Source of the DNA: Salpingoeca rosetta
Taxonomy: Eukaryota; Protista; Choanoflagellata
DNA: 64,000 bases
Assembly (NCBI GenBank): GCA_033442325.1
Contig: JAWQFM010000015.1
Location: 188,843 to 252,842 of the forward strand
Reading direction: 5' to 3'
The number at the start of each line of letters is the position of its first letter. Positions within the stretch are counted from its first letter, which is position 1. The notes under the pieces are model-generated. The model had not been told where the DNA came from. It did not search any database and saw only the letters and a list, made by a program, of their open reading frames with translations. Below are positions 21,108 through 36,616 of this stretch, piece after piece. The translations under genes and the position numbers were made by a program.

Positions 21108-24100
21108 TACGGTCAACACCACCAGCAGCAGCAGCAACCGTGCGCTGGAGGTTCTGCATCAGTGCAAGGCACAAGCAGATGCCGTGGCGTTTTGGAGGGA
21201 CAACTGCTTTGGCGACGAGGTCAGCGTGCTTCTCTTACTGTCAGCGCTTAAGAGCTGGGTCCGCCGATCTGGCCACGTCCGCGTGTCGGCAGCGCTCCAC
21301 CTGGCAGACATCCCGGAGCTCTATGCCTTCTTTGCTGGCAAACGCAACCGCGAGACTACGACAGTGCACCACTTTGCCGACTTTCTCGGCGACGCAGCGT
21401 CGCTCGCCCATGCACTGTCGCCTTACCTGCCAGGCGATGAGAACCGTGAGCATGAGGAAGCAACAACAGCTACGACCACAGCAACTGCAGCAACAGCAGC
21501 AGCAACAGCACCCAAGACGGGTCAGCAGCCCCGCCGCACCCCAAGGCGCGTGACATCGCTTCGTCAACCAGCCTTCACGGCAGAAGGAGACGACGACACC
21601 GCCCTCAACGTCCACCTGCACGAGGCCCTGCAGCCTGTTGACTTTGGACAGGATCTGGTGAAGCATCAGAAGGCGTTTGCAGAAGGCACGCGCGAGTGGG
21701 TGTTTGACGCCTTTGAGACGTGGGCGCGGAAACCAAACACAGACCAGGACGCCCGCGTGTTCTGGGTGGAGGGAACGGGCGGGCTCGGCAAGTCGGTCAT
21801 TGCCGCCCAGTTTGTGAAGCGGTACGCTGACGGTACCTCGTCGCACAGCACGTCAGACAGCACGCGACCGCTCCTCGCAGCCCACTTCTTCTGCAAGCAC
21901 GATCACGCAGACCGCAATGACCCGCGCAAGGCCATCGCCACTCTCACCTTCCGCCTCGCATCGCAGCTGCCTTCGTTGCGGCAGAAGTTGCTGGACATTC
22001 TCAAGGACGAGGAGCAGCGGGACAACTTTGTTGCCCACGCGCACGGCACCAAGGGCAGTGTGGGTGACGCGTTTGACGTGCTGCTGGCCGACCCACTGCG
22101 CGAGGCACTCGACAACCGTGACACGCACGACGGCGACATCTTCATCCTGGTTGATGCGCTGGATGAGCTGCGTGATGGCAACAGCCGTGCACAATTCCTT
22201 CGCCTTGTGGGCAAGCAGCTGCCTTCGCTGCCACCGTGTGTTCGCATCATCGTCACGTCCCGCCCGGAGGAGGACATTCTTGTGTTCTTCAAGAACCTCA
22301 ACCCGTTTAAAATCGACAAGCAGGATCGACGACAGCGCGAGGATCTGGAGCTGTACACGCGGCAACGCATCGTGGACGGCACCAGCCTACACAAGCTGTC
22401 GGACGCAGACAAGGACGCCGTTGTGAAAGCGGTCGTTGACAGAGCGGATGGCGTGTTCCTCGCCGTCGCCTTGGTGGCACGCGCCTTGGAGGAGCTGGAC
22501 GAGTCTACCAAGCAGCCATTAAGGCCAGCGGATGTCGACGCTCTGCTCGCCAGCTCTGGCGGCAGCATCGTTGACGGCACGTACACGGAGACGCTGGACC
22601 GCATTCAGACGCGACTCAACCAGGCAGCCACTGGTGAGGAGGGCGTTGACGAGGAGGTGCTGGCAGCACTCCAAGGCACCCTGCACAACGTGCTGGCGGC
22701 GATTGTGGCTTCCCGCCAGCCACTGCACGTGGAGGATTTACACGAGCTGTGTGGTGGTGATCGGGTGCAGAGCAAGGCGCTGACGAAGCGGCTGCTAAGC
22801 GCGCTGTCGCTTCTCTTCTCCAGCAGCAGCAAGCACGACGTGATTGAGCCCCTGCACAAGACCGTCAACGACTTCCTCACGGACAAGGACCGCGCTGGCG
22901 CTCACTTTGTGGATGTGCGGGAAGGCCACGCCATCCTCACTCGTGCGTGCCTGCGCGTGCTGCAGGACCGAGGGCTTCTGAGCGGATCACGTGATCTGTT
23001 GGCGCCAGGCAGTGGCGTCCTGGACGAGCCCATTACCAAGTATGCGCTGGAGCATGGCCACATGCACTTGTACGAGTGTGCACGAGCGCTTGCAGACAAG
23101 GCAACAGGCATCGATATCAAATGCCCTCGACGGGCGGGCTCGGCAAGTCGGTCATTGCCGCCCAGTTTGTGAAGCGGTACGCTGACGGTACCTCGTCGCA
23201 CAGCACGTCAGACAGCACGCGACCGCTCCTCGCAGCCCACTTCTTCTGCAAGCACGATCACGCAGACCGCAATGACCCGCGCAAGGCCATCGCCACTCTC
23301 ACCTTCCGCCTCGCATCGCAGCTGCCTTCGTTGCGGCAGAAGTTGCTGGACATTCTCAAGGACGAGGAGCAGCGGGACAACTTTGTTGCCCACGCGCACG
23401 GCACCAAGGGCAGTGTGGGTGACGCGTTTGACGTGCTGCTGGCCGACCCACTGCGCGAGGCACTCGACAACCGTGACACGCACGACGGCGACATCTTCAT
23501 CCTGGTTGATGCGCTGGATGAGCTGCGTGATGGCAACAGCCGTGCACAATTCCTTCGCCTTGTGGGCAAGCAGCTGCCTTCGCTGCCACCGTGTGTTCGC
23601 ATCATCGTCACGTCCCGCCCGGAGGAGGACATTCTTGTGTTCTTCAAGAACCTCAACCCGTTTAAAATCGACAAGCAGGATCGACGACAGCGCGAGGATC
23701 TGGAGCTGTACACGCGGCAACGCATCGTGGACGGCACCAGCCTACACAAGCTGTCGGACGCAGACAAGGACGCCGTTGTGAAAGCGGTCGTTGACAGAGC
23801 GGATGGCGTGTTCCTCGCCGTCGCCTTGGTGGCACGCGCCTTGGAGGAGCTGGACGAGTCGAGCAAGAAGAGGAAGTCCCTCACACCGGCGGATGTTGAT
23901 GCTCTGCTCGCTGGGTCCGGAGCCAGCATCGTTGACGGCACGTACACGGAGACGCTGGACCGCATTCAGGCGCGACTCAACCAGGCGGCCACTGGTGAGG
24001 AGGGCGTTGACGAGGAGGTGCTGGCAGCACTGCAAGGCACCCTGCACAACATGCTGGCGGCCATTGTGGCCTCCCGCCAGCCGCTGCGCGTGGAAGATCT

Positions 24101-26861
24101 ACATGTGCTGTGTGGTGGTGATCGGGTGCAGAGCAAGGCGCTGACGAAGCGGCTGCTAAGCGCGCTGTCGCTTCTCTTCTCCACCAGCAGCAAGCACGAC
24201 GTGATTGAGCCGCTGCACAAGACCGTCAACGACTTTCTCACGGACAAGGGGCGCGCTGGCCCTCACTTTGTGGATGTGCGGCAAGGCCACGCCCTCCTCG
24301 CTCGCGCATGCCTGCGCGTGCTGCAGGACCAAGGGCTTCTGAGCGGCTCACATGGGCTGTTGGAACCAGGCAGTGACGTCCTGGACGAGCCCGTCACCAA
24401 GTACGCACTGGAGCATGGCCACATGCACCTGTGCGAGTGTGCACGAGCGCTTGCAGACAAGGTAACAGGCGAATCAGGGCATGGCACCGACACTGAGGCC
24501 AGCGCTGCTGTTACTGCGAGTGCTAGGCAGAGCGTCGAAGCGTGGAGCGAAGTGTTGTTGCAGCCTCGTCGTGGGGACGATCCAATGTTGGCGCAATTCA
24601 CTGGCACGGGTGTATCGCCAACGGAACGCGAGGCAACGGCAGCCATGGCGCAGTGGCTGCTGCTGCAGGCGTATTCTGCAGAACGTGGACGGCCCCTCAT
24701 GAAGGAGCTGGCCGAGCTGGCCACAGCCCTGCTCGGTGTGGACAATGACATGTATCAGTTGCTTGATGGCACAAGCTCCCTTTTCGGAGAACACTGGGCG
24801 CCGAGGCTGAGTGAGGATGAGGCCTTGCGACGTGGAGCTGGTTGCTTCCTTGGTGGCATACCGTTGCAATCACACTGGTTCGCTTCACAGGCGCAGCGAA
24901 CACTGGCACGAGCAGCAAGAACGAATCGCTGCCTTCTGCGCATTCCGAAGGTGCTTGCCCGCAGCCCCTGCAAGTTGGTCATCACTGGACACTCGAGTGA
25001 GGTCACCTCTGTTGGGTTCAGCCCTGATGGAACACGTGTGGTGTCTGGAAGCCATGACCAGACGGTGCGGGTGTGGGACGCACGGACGGGAGAGCAGCTG
25101 ACACAATGCGAGGGGCACACGTTTTCTGTCACCTCAGTTGGGTTTAGCCCTGACGGGAGGCGTGTGGTGTCTGGGAGCAGTGACAAGACGGTGCGGGTGT
25201 GGGATGCGAGGACGGGCGAGCAGCTGACGCAGTGCGAGGGGCACACGAGTCGTGTCAACTCGGCTGGGTTCAGCCCTGATGGGACGCGTGTGGTGTCTGG
25301 GAGCGGCGAGACTTACGGGAAGAACGACGACAACACGGTGCGGGTGTGGGATGCGCGGACGGGTGAGCAGCTGATGCAGTGCGAGGGGCACAGAATTTGT
25401 GTCAGATCGGTTGGGTTTAGCCCTGATGGGACGTGCGTGGTGTCAGCTGGGGGCACAACTGTTCATGAGCCCGATTATTCATACTCCTGGGTGGAAGTCT
25501 CGGGCGTGGGCATGAACATCCGAATCTGGGACGCATGGACGGGAAGACAAACCCAAGAGCTGAAGGGGCATTCTCTCCCCGTCACTTCGCTTGCGCTGAG
25601 CGTTGATGGAACGCGTATCGTGTCAGGCAGCGAAGACCATACGGTGCGGGTGTGGGACGCACGGACGGGAGAGCAGCTGACGCAGTGCGAGGGGCACACA
25701 CGTGTTATCCAATCAGTCTCACTGAGCACTGACGGGACGCGCATCGTGTCTGGAAGCAATGACGAGACAGTGCGCATTTGGGACGCGACCACGGGTGCAC
25801 AGCTCGCCCAGCGCGACGGGCACACAAGTGGTGTCTCCTCGGTTATGTTCAGCGCTGACGGGACGCGCATAGCGTCTGGGAGCTCGGATGGCACGGTGCG
25901 CGTCTGGAATACGTTTGTGAGTGAGGATGTCGATCGGTGCGGCAGATATGCCTCGCATGTGAATGTGGTTCGTTTCAGCCCTGATGGGACGCGCATCGCA
26001 TGTGGGAGCAGGGACGCCACTATTCGCATTTTAGATGCTGTCACGGGGGAACAGTTGGGCCGGTGTCACGGCCATTCTGGAGAAGTGACCTCAGTGGCAT
26101 TCAGTCCTGATGGAGAGCACGTTGTGTCTGTTGGAGGAGAGGAAGATACAGGCGAGGAGATTTTGCATGTGACACCACGAGACAACACAGTGCGTATCTG
26201 GGACACGCGAACTGGGAAACAGCTTGCTGAGTGCCAGCACCAATGCGCTTGGGATGAGTGTTTCACGTCAGTCGCATTCAGCCCTGATGGAACGCGTGTG
26301 GTGGCTGGGAGCAGTCACACGACGGTGCGCATCTGGGACGCACGGACGGGTGAGCAGCTGCATCAGTGCAAGCGGCACACGGATTGGGTCACCTCAGTTG
26401 GGTTTTGCCCTGATGGGACGCGTGTGGCGTCTGGGAGCGATGACAAGACGGTGCGGGTGTGGAATGCACGTAATGGCAAGCAGCTGTCAAAGTGTAAAGG
26501 ACACATGGGTCGTGTCACCTCGGTTGCCTTCAGCCCTGATGGGACGCGCGTGGCGTCTGGGAGCGATGACAAGACGGTGCGGGTGTGGAATGCACGTAAT
26601 GGCAAGCAGCTGACACTGTGCGATGGGCACACGCGTGGTGTCTTCTCGGTTTCATTTAGTCCTGATGGGACGCGTGTGGTGTCTGGGAGTCGTGACAACA
26701 CAGTGCGAGTATGGGACGCGGGCAGCGGGGCACAGCTCATTCAAAAGGACACGTACATTGGCAATGTCAATGTGGTTCAAGTAAGTGCTGATGGGACACG
26801 TATTGTATCTGGGAGCGCTGACAACACCGTGCGGGTGTGGGATGTGGAGACGAATAAGTGA
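20126..26861 (+). CDS. NLR-like NACHT-WD40 (HET-E/NWD-type) locus, no coding introns seen, split over three frames (20126-~21105, ~21061-23109, 23130-26861); disrupted as assembled
   Basis: Motifs GTREWVF, Walker A GTGGLGKS, AAHFFC, Walker B ILVDALDE, RIIVTSRPE, GVFL and LHKTVNDFLTD, followed by 14 GH...SPDG...SGSxDxTVRVWD repeats. Confidence 0.9.
21057..21106 (+). repeat. (CAG)n tract at the first frame switch of the NLR-like gene
   Basis: Reads poly-Q in the upstream frame and poly-A in the downstream frame. Confidence 0.9.
21775..24470 (+). repeat. Tandem duplication of the NACHT region, 21775-23109 and 23130-24470 (offset 1355)
   Basis: The first ~730 bp appear identical (matching ORF translations in several frames). 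The remainder is diverged. A 20-nt non-matching linker lies at 23110-23129. Confidence 0.95.
24988..26858 (+). repeat. Array of 14 WD40 repeats (mostly 126-bp units) with high DNA-level similarity
   Basis: Recurring agccctgatgggacgcgtgtggtgtctgggagc...acggtgcgggtgtggga blocks. Confidence 0.95.
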
Positions 26862-27598
26862 TGCGGTTGGCTGTCTTGAGTTTACTGGCCTTTTCCATGC
26901 CACCCAGCTCGGCAATCATTCCAAAAGCATGTTATGTTACGTTGTTTCTTAGTTGACTTGCGCGTTTGCTTTCTGGTCGTTTTCGTTTGCTGTGCGCCTT
27001 TTGTTTGCTGTACGCCCTTTGTTTCCTGTACGCTTGCAGCTTTTGAGTCCCTCTGTTTCTGTTTCATCTGTCGTTTCCTTCCTAGTACTTTCCTACGACA
27101 TACTGACATGTAAGTCCACAATCCAATCCGGTCCCCATATGTTCCATCCAGCCATTCGTTCTTTGTTTGGTGTGCGTCTTTCTTGTGGGGCTCGAGATGT
27201 TGTATTTGCGAGCAATCATCATCACATCACAACGCAAGCGTGCTGCACATCCCCTTGTTCTCCTTGTGCTAAGCCCCCTCCAGTCCACAACCGTGCTTTA
27301 AGTACATAGTTGAGTGGTGTGACAAGTGTGACACATCACGTCACAAGCCAGAAACGCAGCCACAAACACACACTCCTCAACACAGTCCCAGAGCAGAGGC
27401 CCACCACACACCACACCGAGAGGACAAAGCCAGAAGAGAAGAGAAGAGAAACAGGAGTGGCAGAAGAGGAAGGCAGAAGGAAGCAAAGCCCTCAAAGCCC
27501 TCACACCAAATAGCCTAACAGCAAGCCCAGACAACCAACTCTTCACTCACTCCTCCTCTGAACCAATCCCCAACAACGAACAAACCAGCAAGGGAAAG

Positions 27599-27694
27599 AT
27601 AGCTGCGTGGTTCACGGTTCGGGATGTGCGGCGACAGCTGGCGCAGCTCGGCCACTACAACGTCCCGACGACGTACTCAGCGACTTTACACAAG
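27599..27694 (+). pseudogene. Possible degenerate first exon of a HYLS1-like (centriole) gene
   Basis: Restoring one base at ccc 27664-27666 gives AAWFTVRDVRRQLAQLGHYNVPDDVLSDFTQ. It begins with ATA where ATG is expected and is followed by a GT donor and a (GT)n tract. No convincing second exon was found. Confidence 0.35.
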
Positions 27695-27758
27695 GTGTGG
27701 TAGGTGTGTATTTTGTTTGTGTGAGTGTGTGTGTGTCTGTGTGTGTGTGTGTGTCTGG

Positions 27759-27790
<32 letters not shown>

Positions 27791-28211
27791 CTGTGTGCGC
27801 AGGCACATGAACGCCCTCCACTGACACGTGACATTGCTGTGACTCACATCGCGTCATGAGCGTCAGCCCTTGTTCCACATCATTCCTCCAATGTACACAT
27901 CATCATCGCCTTTCCACCATGATGCACGCCGCTAAGTAAACCACCACCGATACACATGCATAGCTCAAGACAGCACACCAACACCACGCAGTTCCTCTTT
28001 CTCTCCCCTCTCTCCATCTCCGCCTCCGTCCTCCGTCGTCCATGTACATTCGTTTACTTGCAAGACACGTGGGCTATCTGCCGGTTATGATTACACGAAG
28101 GGAGATGAATACCAATGGCGGCGGGACTCCTGATCAAGGAAGATAAAGCAGAAAGAGAGAGTGAGAACGAGACTGCAAAGGTGAAGCAAACTGTGGACAT
28201 CATCACCACCA

Positions 28212-28779
28212 TCATCGTCTTGCGGTGCGGTTGTCATCATGGCTGGGCCGGGACTTCTTGTGCTTTGGCACAAACACCTCCTGTTGCTGCAAATACGCGC
28301 CCAGTACGGTACTGACGACGATCCCACAGCCAATGAACAGGCCCGCGCTCGCCAGTCCAATCGCTGCAACAGGTGGTGAGGGAAGGGGGGAAGATGAGAG
28401 GTGATGAAGAGGGATGCGCATATGTGTGTGCGTGCGTGCGTGCGTGCGTGCTTGCGTGCGTGCGTGTGCGTGTGTGTGTGTTTCGCATACTGTGGCGCTC
28501 ACCAAAGTACATGCCGGACTTCTTCACGCTCGTGGACAGGTCGTCGAAGCTAGTGAGAGGTGAAAGGTGGTGGGAGACGTGGGAGACATGGTGAGAGGTG
28601 AAAGGAGTGTGCAAGACAGCTACGCAGACAGCGAGACAGTTACAGAGGCAGTAACAAACACAGCAACAAACACACAGACACAGTCAGACACAGACAGACA
28701 CACGCACGCACAGAAAACAACAAACACAGACACAGACACACACAGACACACGCACACACACAGACACACACACAGACAC

Positions 28780-28817
<38 letters not shown>

Positions 28818-28946
28818 GTCGATGACGCTGCCTGCGAGGGATACGAATGGGGACTTGAGAGAGTCCAGATCGGGTAGCATGCGTGTGCCGTCGCCTTCCT
28901 TGATGAAGGAGAGCTCACTCTTGCTCAGAAAGTCGCCCACTCCCAT
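28212..28946 (-). CDS. Small (~113 aa) single-pass membrane protein; exons 28946-28816, 28549-28491, 28363-28212
   Basis: Phase-consistent GT-AG splicing gives MGVGDFLSK...GERHTIGLASAGLFIGCGIVVSTVLGAYLQQQEV...ARR*. Confidence 0.7.
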
Positions 28947-29100
28947 GTCTGCTGTCTGTGTTCAGTTGTGTTGGTGCACTGTTGTCTTCTTTCTGCTCCT
29001 CGTCAACTTTGTGCAATTGGCGCATTAAAGGAGCATCGACTCACGTACGTTGCTGCTCACACACAGTAGATTCGATGCACATTTATTCACAACCACGACG
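28947..29100. promoter_or_regulatory. Probable bidirectional promoter (small membrane protein / UQCC2)
   Basis: Divergent ATGs separated by only 154 bp. Confidence 0.55.
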
Positions 29101-29904
29101 ATGTCGAACGCGGCAAAGACGGCAAAGGTGTTGGAGGCGCTTGTGGCGCGGTGGCCTCGCATTGCGGGCCGCGACGGCCGAAGCATCGCAGAGAAGCTCA
29201 CCTCCGAATACAAGACGCGCATGGTCAAGGCAGCCAGCGGCGAAGACGTGCGTCTGTGTGTACGCCTGTGTGTGTGTGTGTGTGTTTGCGCATGTGTGTG
29301 TGTGTGTGTGCGCGCATGTGTGTTTGCATTTGCGCATGTGTGTTTGCACATGTTTGCGCTTTCAACACAACATTGCGTGCACGTTGCGTTCCTGCTCCGC
29401 CGCAACTATCTCATCTCCGCACACACTTACACTGTAGGCGTGGGCCGTGAAGCGGGAGCTGCAGGCCATTGAGGATTTGCTCGAGGACAAGTTCAGCAAA
29501 GAGGTGCGTCCTGTGTGTCGCCGTTGACTATGGAGTGATATTGCGCGGCAGCCTCCGTTCCTGCTTGTTGTGTGTGTGTGTGCTTGTATTCTTGCCCTCA
29601 CGTGTGCTGCCGCTGTTGCTGCTGCTGTTGCTGCTGTTGTCCAAACAGTTCCCACGCCAGGAGAACACCAACTTTTCCGGCGACCTTGGGCGCAAGTGGG
29701 GCTATTCACAACTCTCATCAGGTACAGCATGTCATGTGTGTTTGTGTGCCTGTGCGTGTGTGCTGCAAGTTTACTGCGTGCTTTGTGCTCCTGCTCACTT
29801 TCACCTGCTGTTTACTTTGTGCCCTCTTTGCAGATGCACAAAGCGAGTTCAACAAGGAAGGCTTCTTTGCGCGCATGATGAAGCGGAAGCGCCCAGCATC
29901 TTGA
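29101..29904 (+). CDS. UQCC2: UQCC2/Cbp6-like complex III assembly factor, 4 exons
   Basis: LVARWPRIAGRDGRSIAEKL...ELQAIEDLLEDKFSKE|FPRQENTNFSG...LSS|DAQSEF matches the UQCC2 pattern (EEWP...GRDL...YPRPRDTSFSG...LSTD). Confidence 0.7.
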
Positions 29905-29911
29905 GTGTGTT

Positions 29912-29967
<56 letters not shown>

Positions 29968-30172
29968 CTGTGTGTCTCTGCCGCTCCAAACCCTCCGCCT
30001 CTTCCTCTCTCTGTTTCTGAGAAGTTCGCGCCACGTCACGACATGCGACGTTGCGACCTTCACTTGTTCATAATAACTTGAGCTTTGAATGCTTTCATCG
30101 AGAGGGCTACTTGGGATTAGTGAACATTGTTTGTTTGTTTGTGTGCACACGCGTGCATGTTCCCTTGTTGGT

Positions 30173-35208
<5,036 letters not shown>

Positions 35209-35350
35209 CTCGGCGATATCCGCAGGTGTGTTTCACGACAGCACAAACAGTTTCAAGCAAAGTAATGAAGAATGGTGGAAATCTTATACTAATTGTCGTG
35301 CCACAACAACAACACAAACCACAAACCACACCCACCCCCCAAGATCCAAA
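35209..35350. promoter_or_regulatory. Probable bidirectional promoter (NAA35 / secreted propeller)
   Basis: Divergent ATGs separated by 142 bp. Confidence 0.55.
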
Positions 35351-36616
35351 ATGATCGCCGCATCGAGATCGCTCCTGCTGCTGTTGCCGCTTGCGGTGTT
35401 GTTGGTGTGCGGGCTCTGCTTGCAAGCACCACTAACGTATGCGAGCCCTTCACCTCCTTCACCCGCTTCACCCCCTTCACCCCCTTCACCCGCTTCACCC
35501 ACGGTCGGGAAGGACGCGGCCGGAAACCTGCACATCAACACGACCTTTGACACGACGGGTGCGACCGTGTACGTGAACGGTGTGGATCTGCTGGACGAGC
35601 TGGCAACGCTGCGCCGCGAGGTGCGCGCGCTGCGCGACACGTTTGGCTGCAGGGTGTTCACCTACGACGTGACGACGTTTGCGTCGCTCAGCGGCGGCGA
35701 CAAGTGGTGGGGCGCCGTGCATGCCAGGAACGACAAGATCTTCGGCGTTCCGTACGACGCCACCTCCGTCCTCATCATCGACCCGGCGGCCAACACCATC
35801 GACACCACGTCCATCAGCGGCCTGGCGTCTACGGAGGGCAAGTGGTCCGACGGTGCAGAGGCACCCAACGGCAAGGTCTACTGCGTGCCGCAGTATGCTG
35901 GCGCTGTGCTCATCATCGACACGGAGACCTACGCCGTGGACGTTGGCACCCTCGGCGGCCTGAGCGGCAAGTGGCAGGACGCCGTCCTCGCCAACAACGG
36001 CAAGATCTACGGCATACCCTCGAGCGCCGCCAGCGTGCTAGTCATTGACCCAACGAGCAACACCACCGACACAACGTCCTTGCCCGTCCTATCTGGCAAC
36101 AACAAGTGGGGCGGCGGCGTGCTGGCTGCCAACGGCAAGATCTACGCGGTTCCATTGGGCGAATCCTCCGTCCTCATCGTTGACCCTGAGGCCAACACCG
36201 TTGACATCACAACCATCTCCGGCCTGCCGAGGACCACCTCGCCCAAGTGGTGGAACGCCGTGCTTGCAAGCAACGGCAACATCTACGGCATCCCATACTC
36301 GTCGTCTGCCGTGCTCATCGTCAACCCAGTCACCGATGCGGCCGATTGGACCACGCTGGCCGGCCTCCCCACCACAACCGGCAAGTGGTTTGACGGCGTG
36401 GAGGTGTCCGACGGGCGCATCGTGGCCACGCCCGACAACGCAGACTCCATCTTGGCCATTGACACCAACGCCAACACCACGTCCACTGCCACCTCCGTCT
36501 CCTCGTCTCAGTTCAAGTGGCTTGGCGCCGCAAAGTCTGCCGCCACCGGGCTTGTCTATGGCGTCCCATACGACAGCACGTCCGTCCTCATCATCAACCC
36601 AGACTGCGTCGTGTGA
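35351..36616 (+). CDS. Intronless secreted protein: signal peptide, SP-rich linker, cubilin-N-like/coiled segment, 7 KW-repeat beta-propeller
   Basis: Signal MIAASRSLLLLLPLAVLLVCGLC, then seven KWxxAVLAxNGKIYxxPxxAxSVLIIDP units; GC3-rich codon usage. Confidence 0.88.
   Translation: MIAASRSLLLLLPLAVLLVCGLCLQAPLTYASPSPPSPASPPSPPSPASPTVGKDAAGNLHINTTFDTTGATVYVNGVDLLDELATLRREVRALRDTFGCRVFTYDVTTFASLSGGDKWWGAVHARNDKIFGVPYDATSVLIIDPAANTIDTTSISGLASTEGKWSDGAEAPNGKVYCVPQYAGAVLIIDTETYAVDVGTLGGLSGKWQDAVLANNGKIYGIPSSAASVLVIDPTSNTTDTTSLPVLSGNNKWGGGVLAANGKIYAVPLGESSVLIVDPEANTVDITTISGLPRTTSPKWWNAVLASNGNIYGIPYSSSAVLIVNPVTDAADWTTLAGLPTTTGKWFDGVEVSDGRIVATPDNADSILAIDTNANTTSTATSVSSSQFKWLGAAKSAATGLVYGVPYDSTSVLIINPDCVV

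Noticed and set aside
20126-26861. NLR locus as a transposon or viral insertion
   Set aside because: No transposase, integrase, terminal repeats or target-site duplication seen. A probable normal 5'-UTR intron (about 19884-20095) precedes it.
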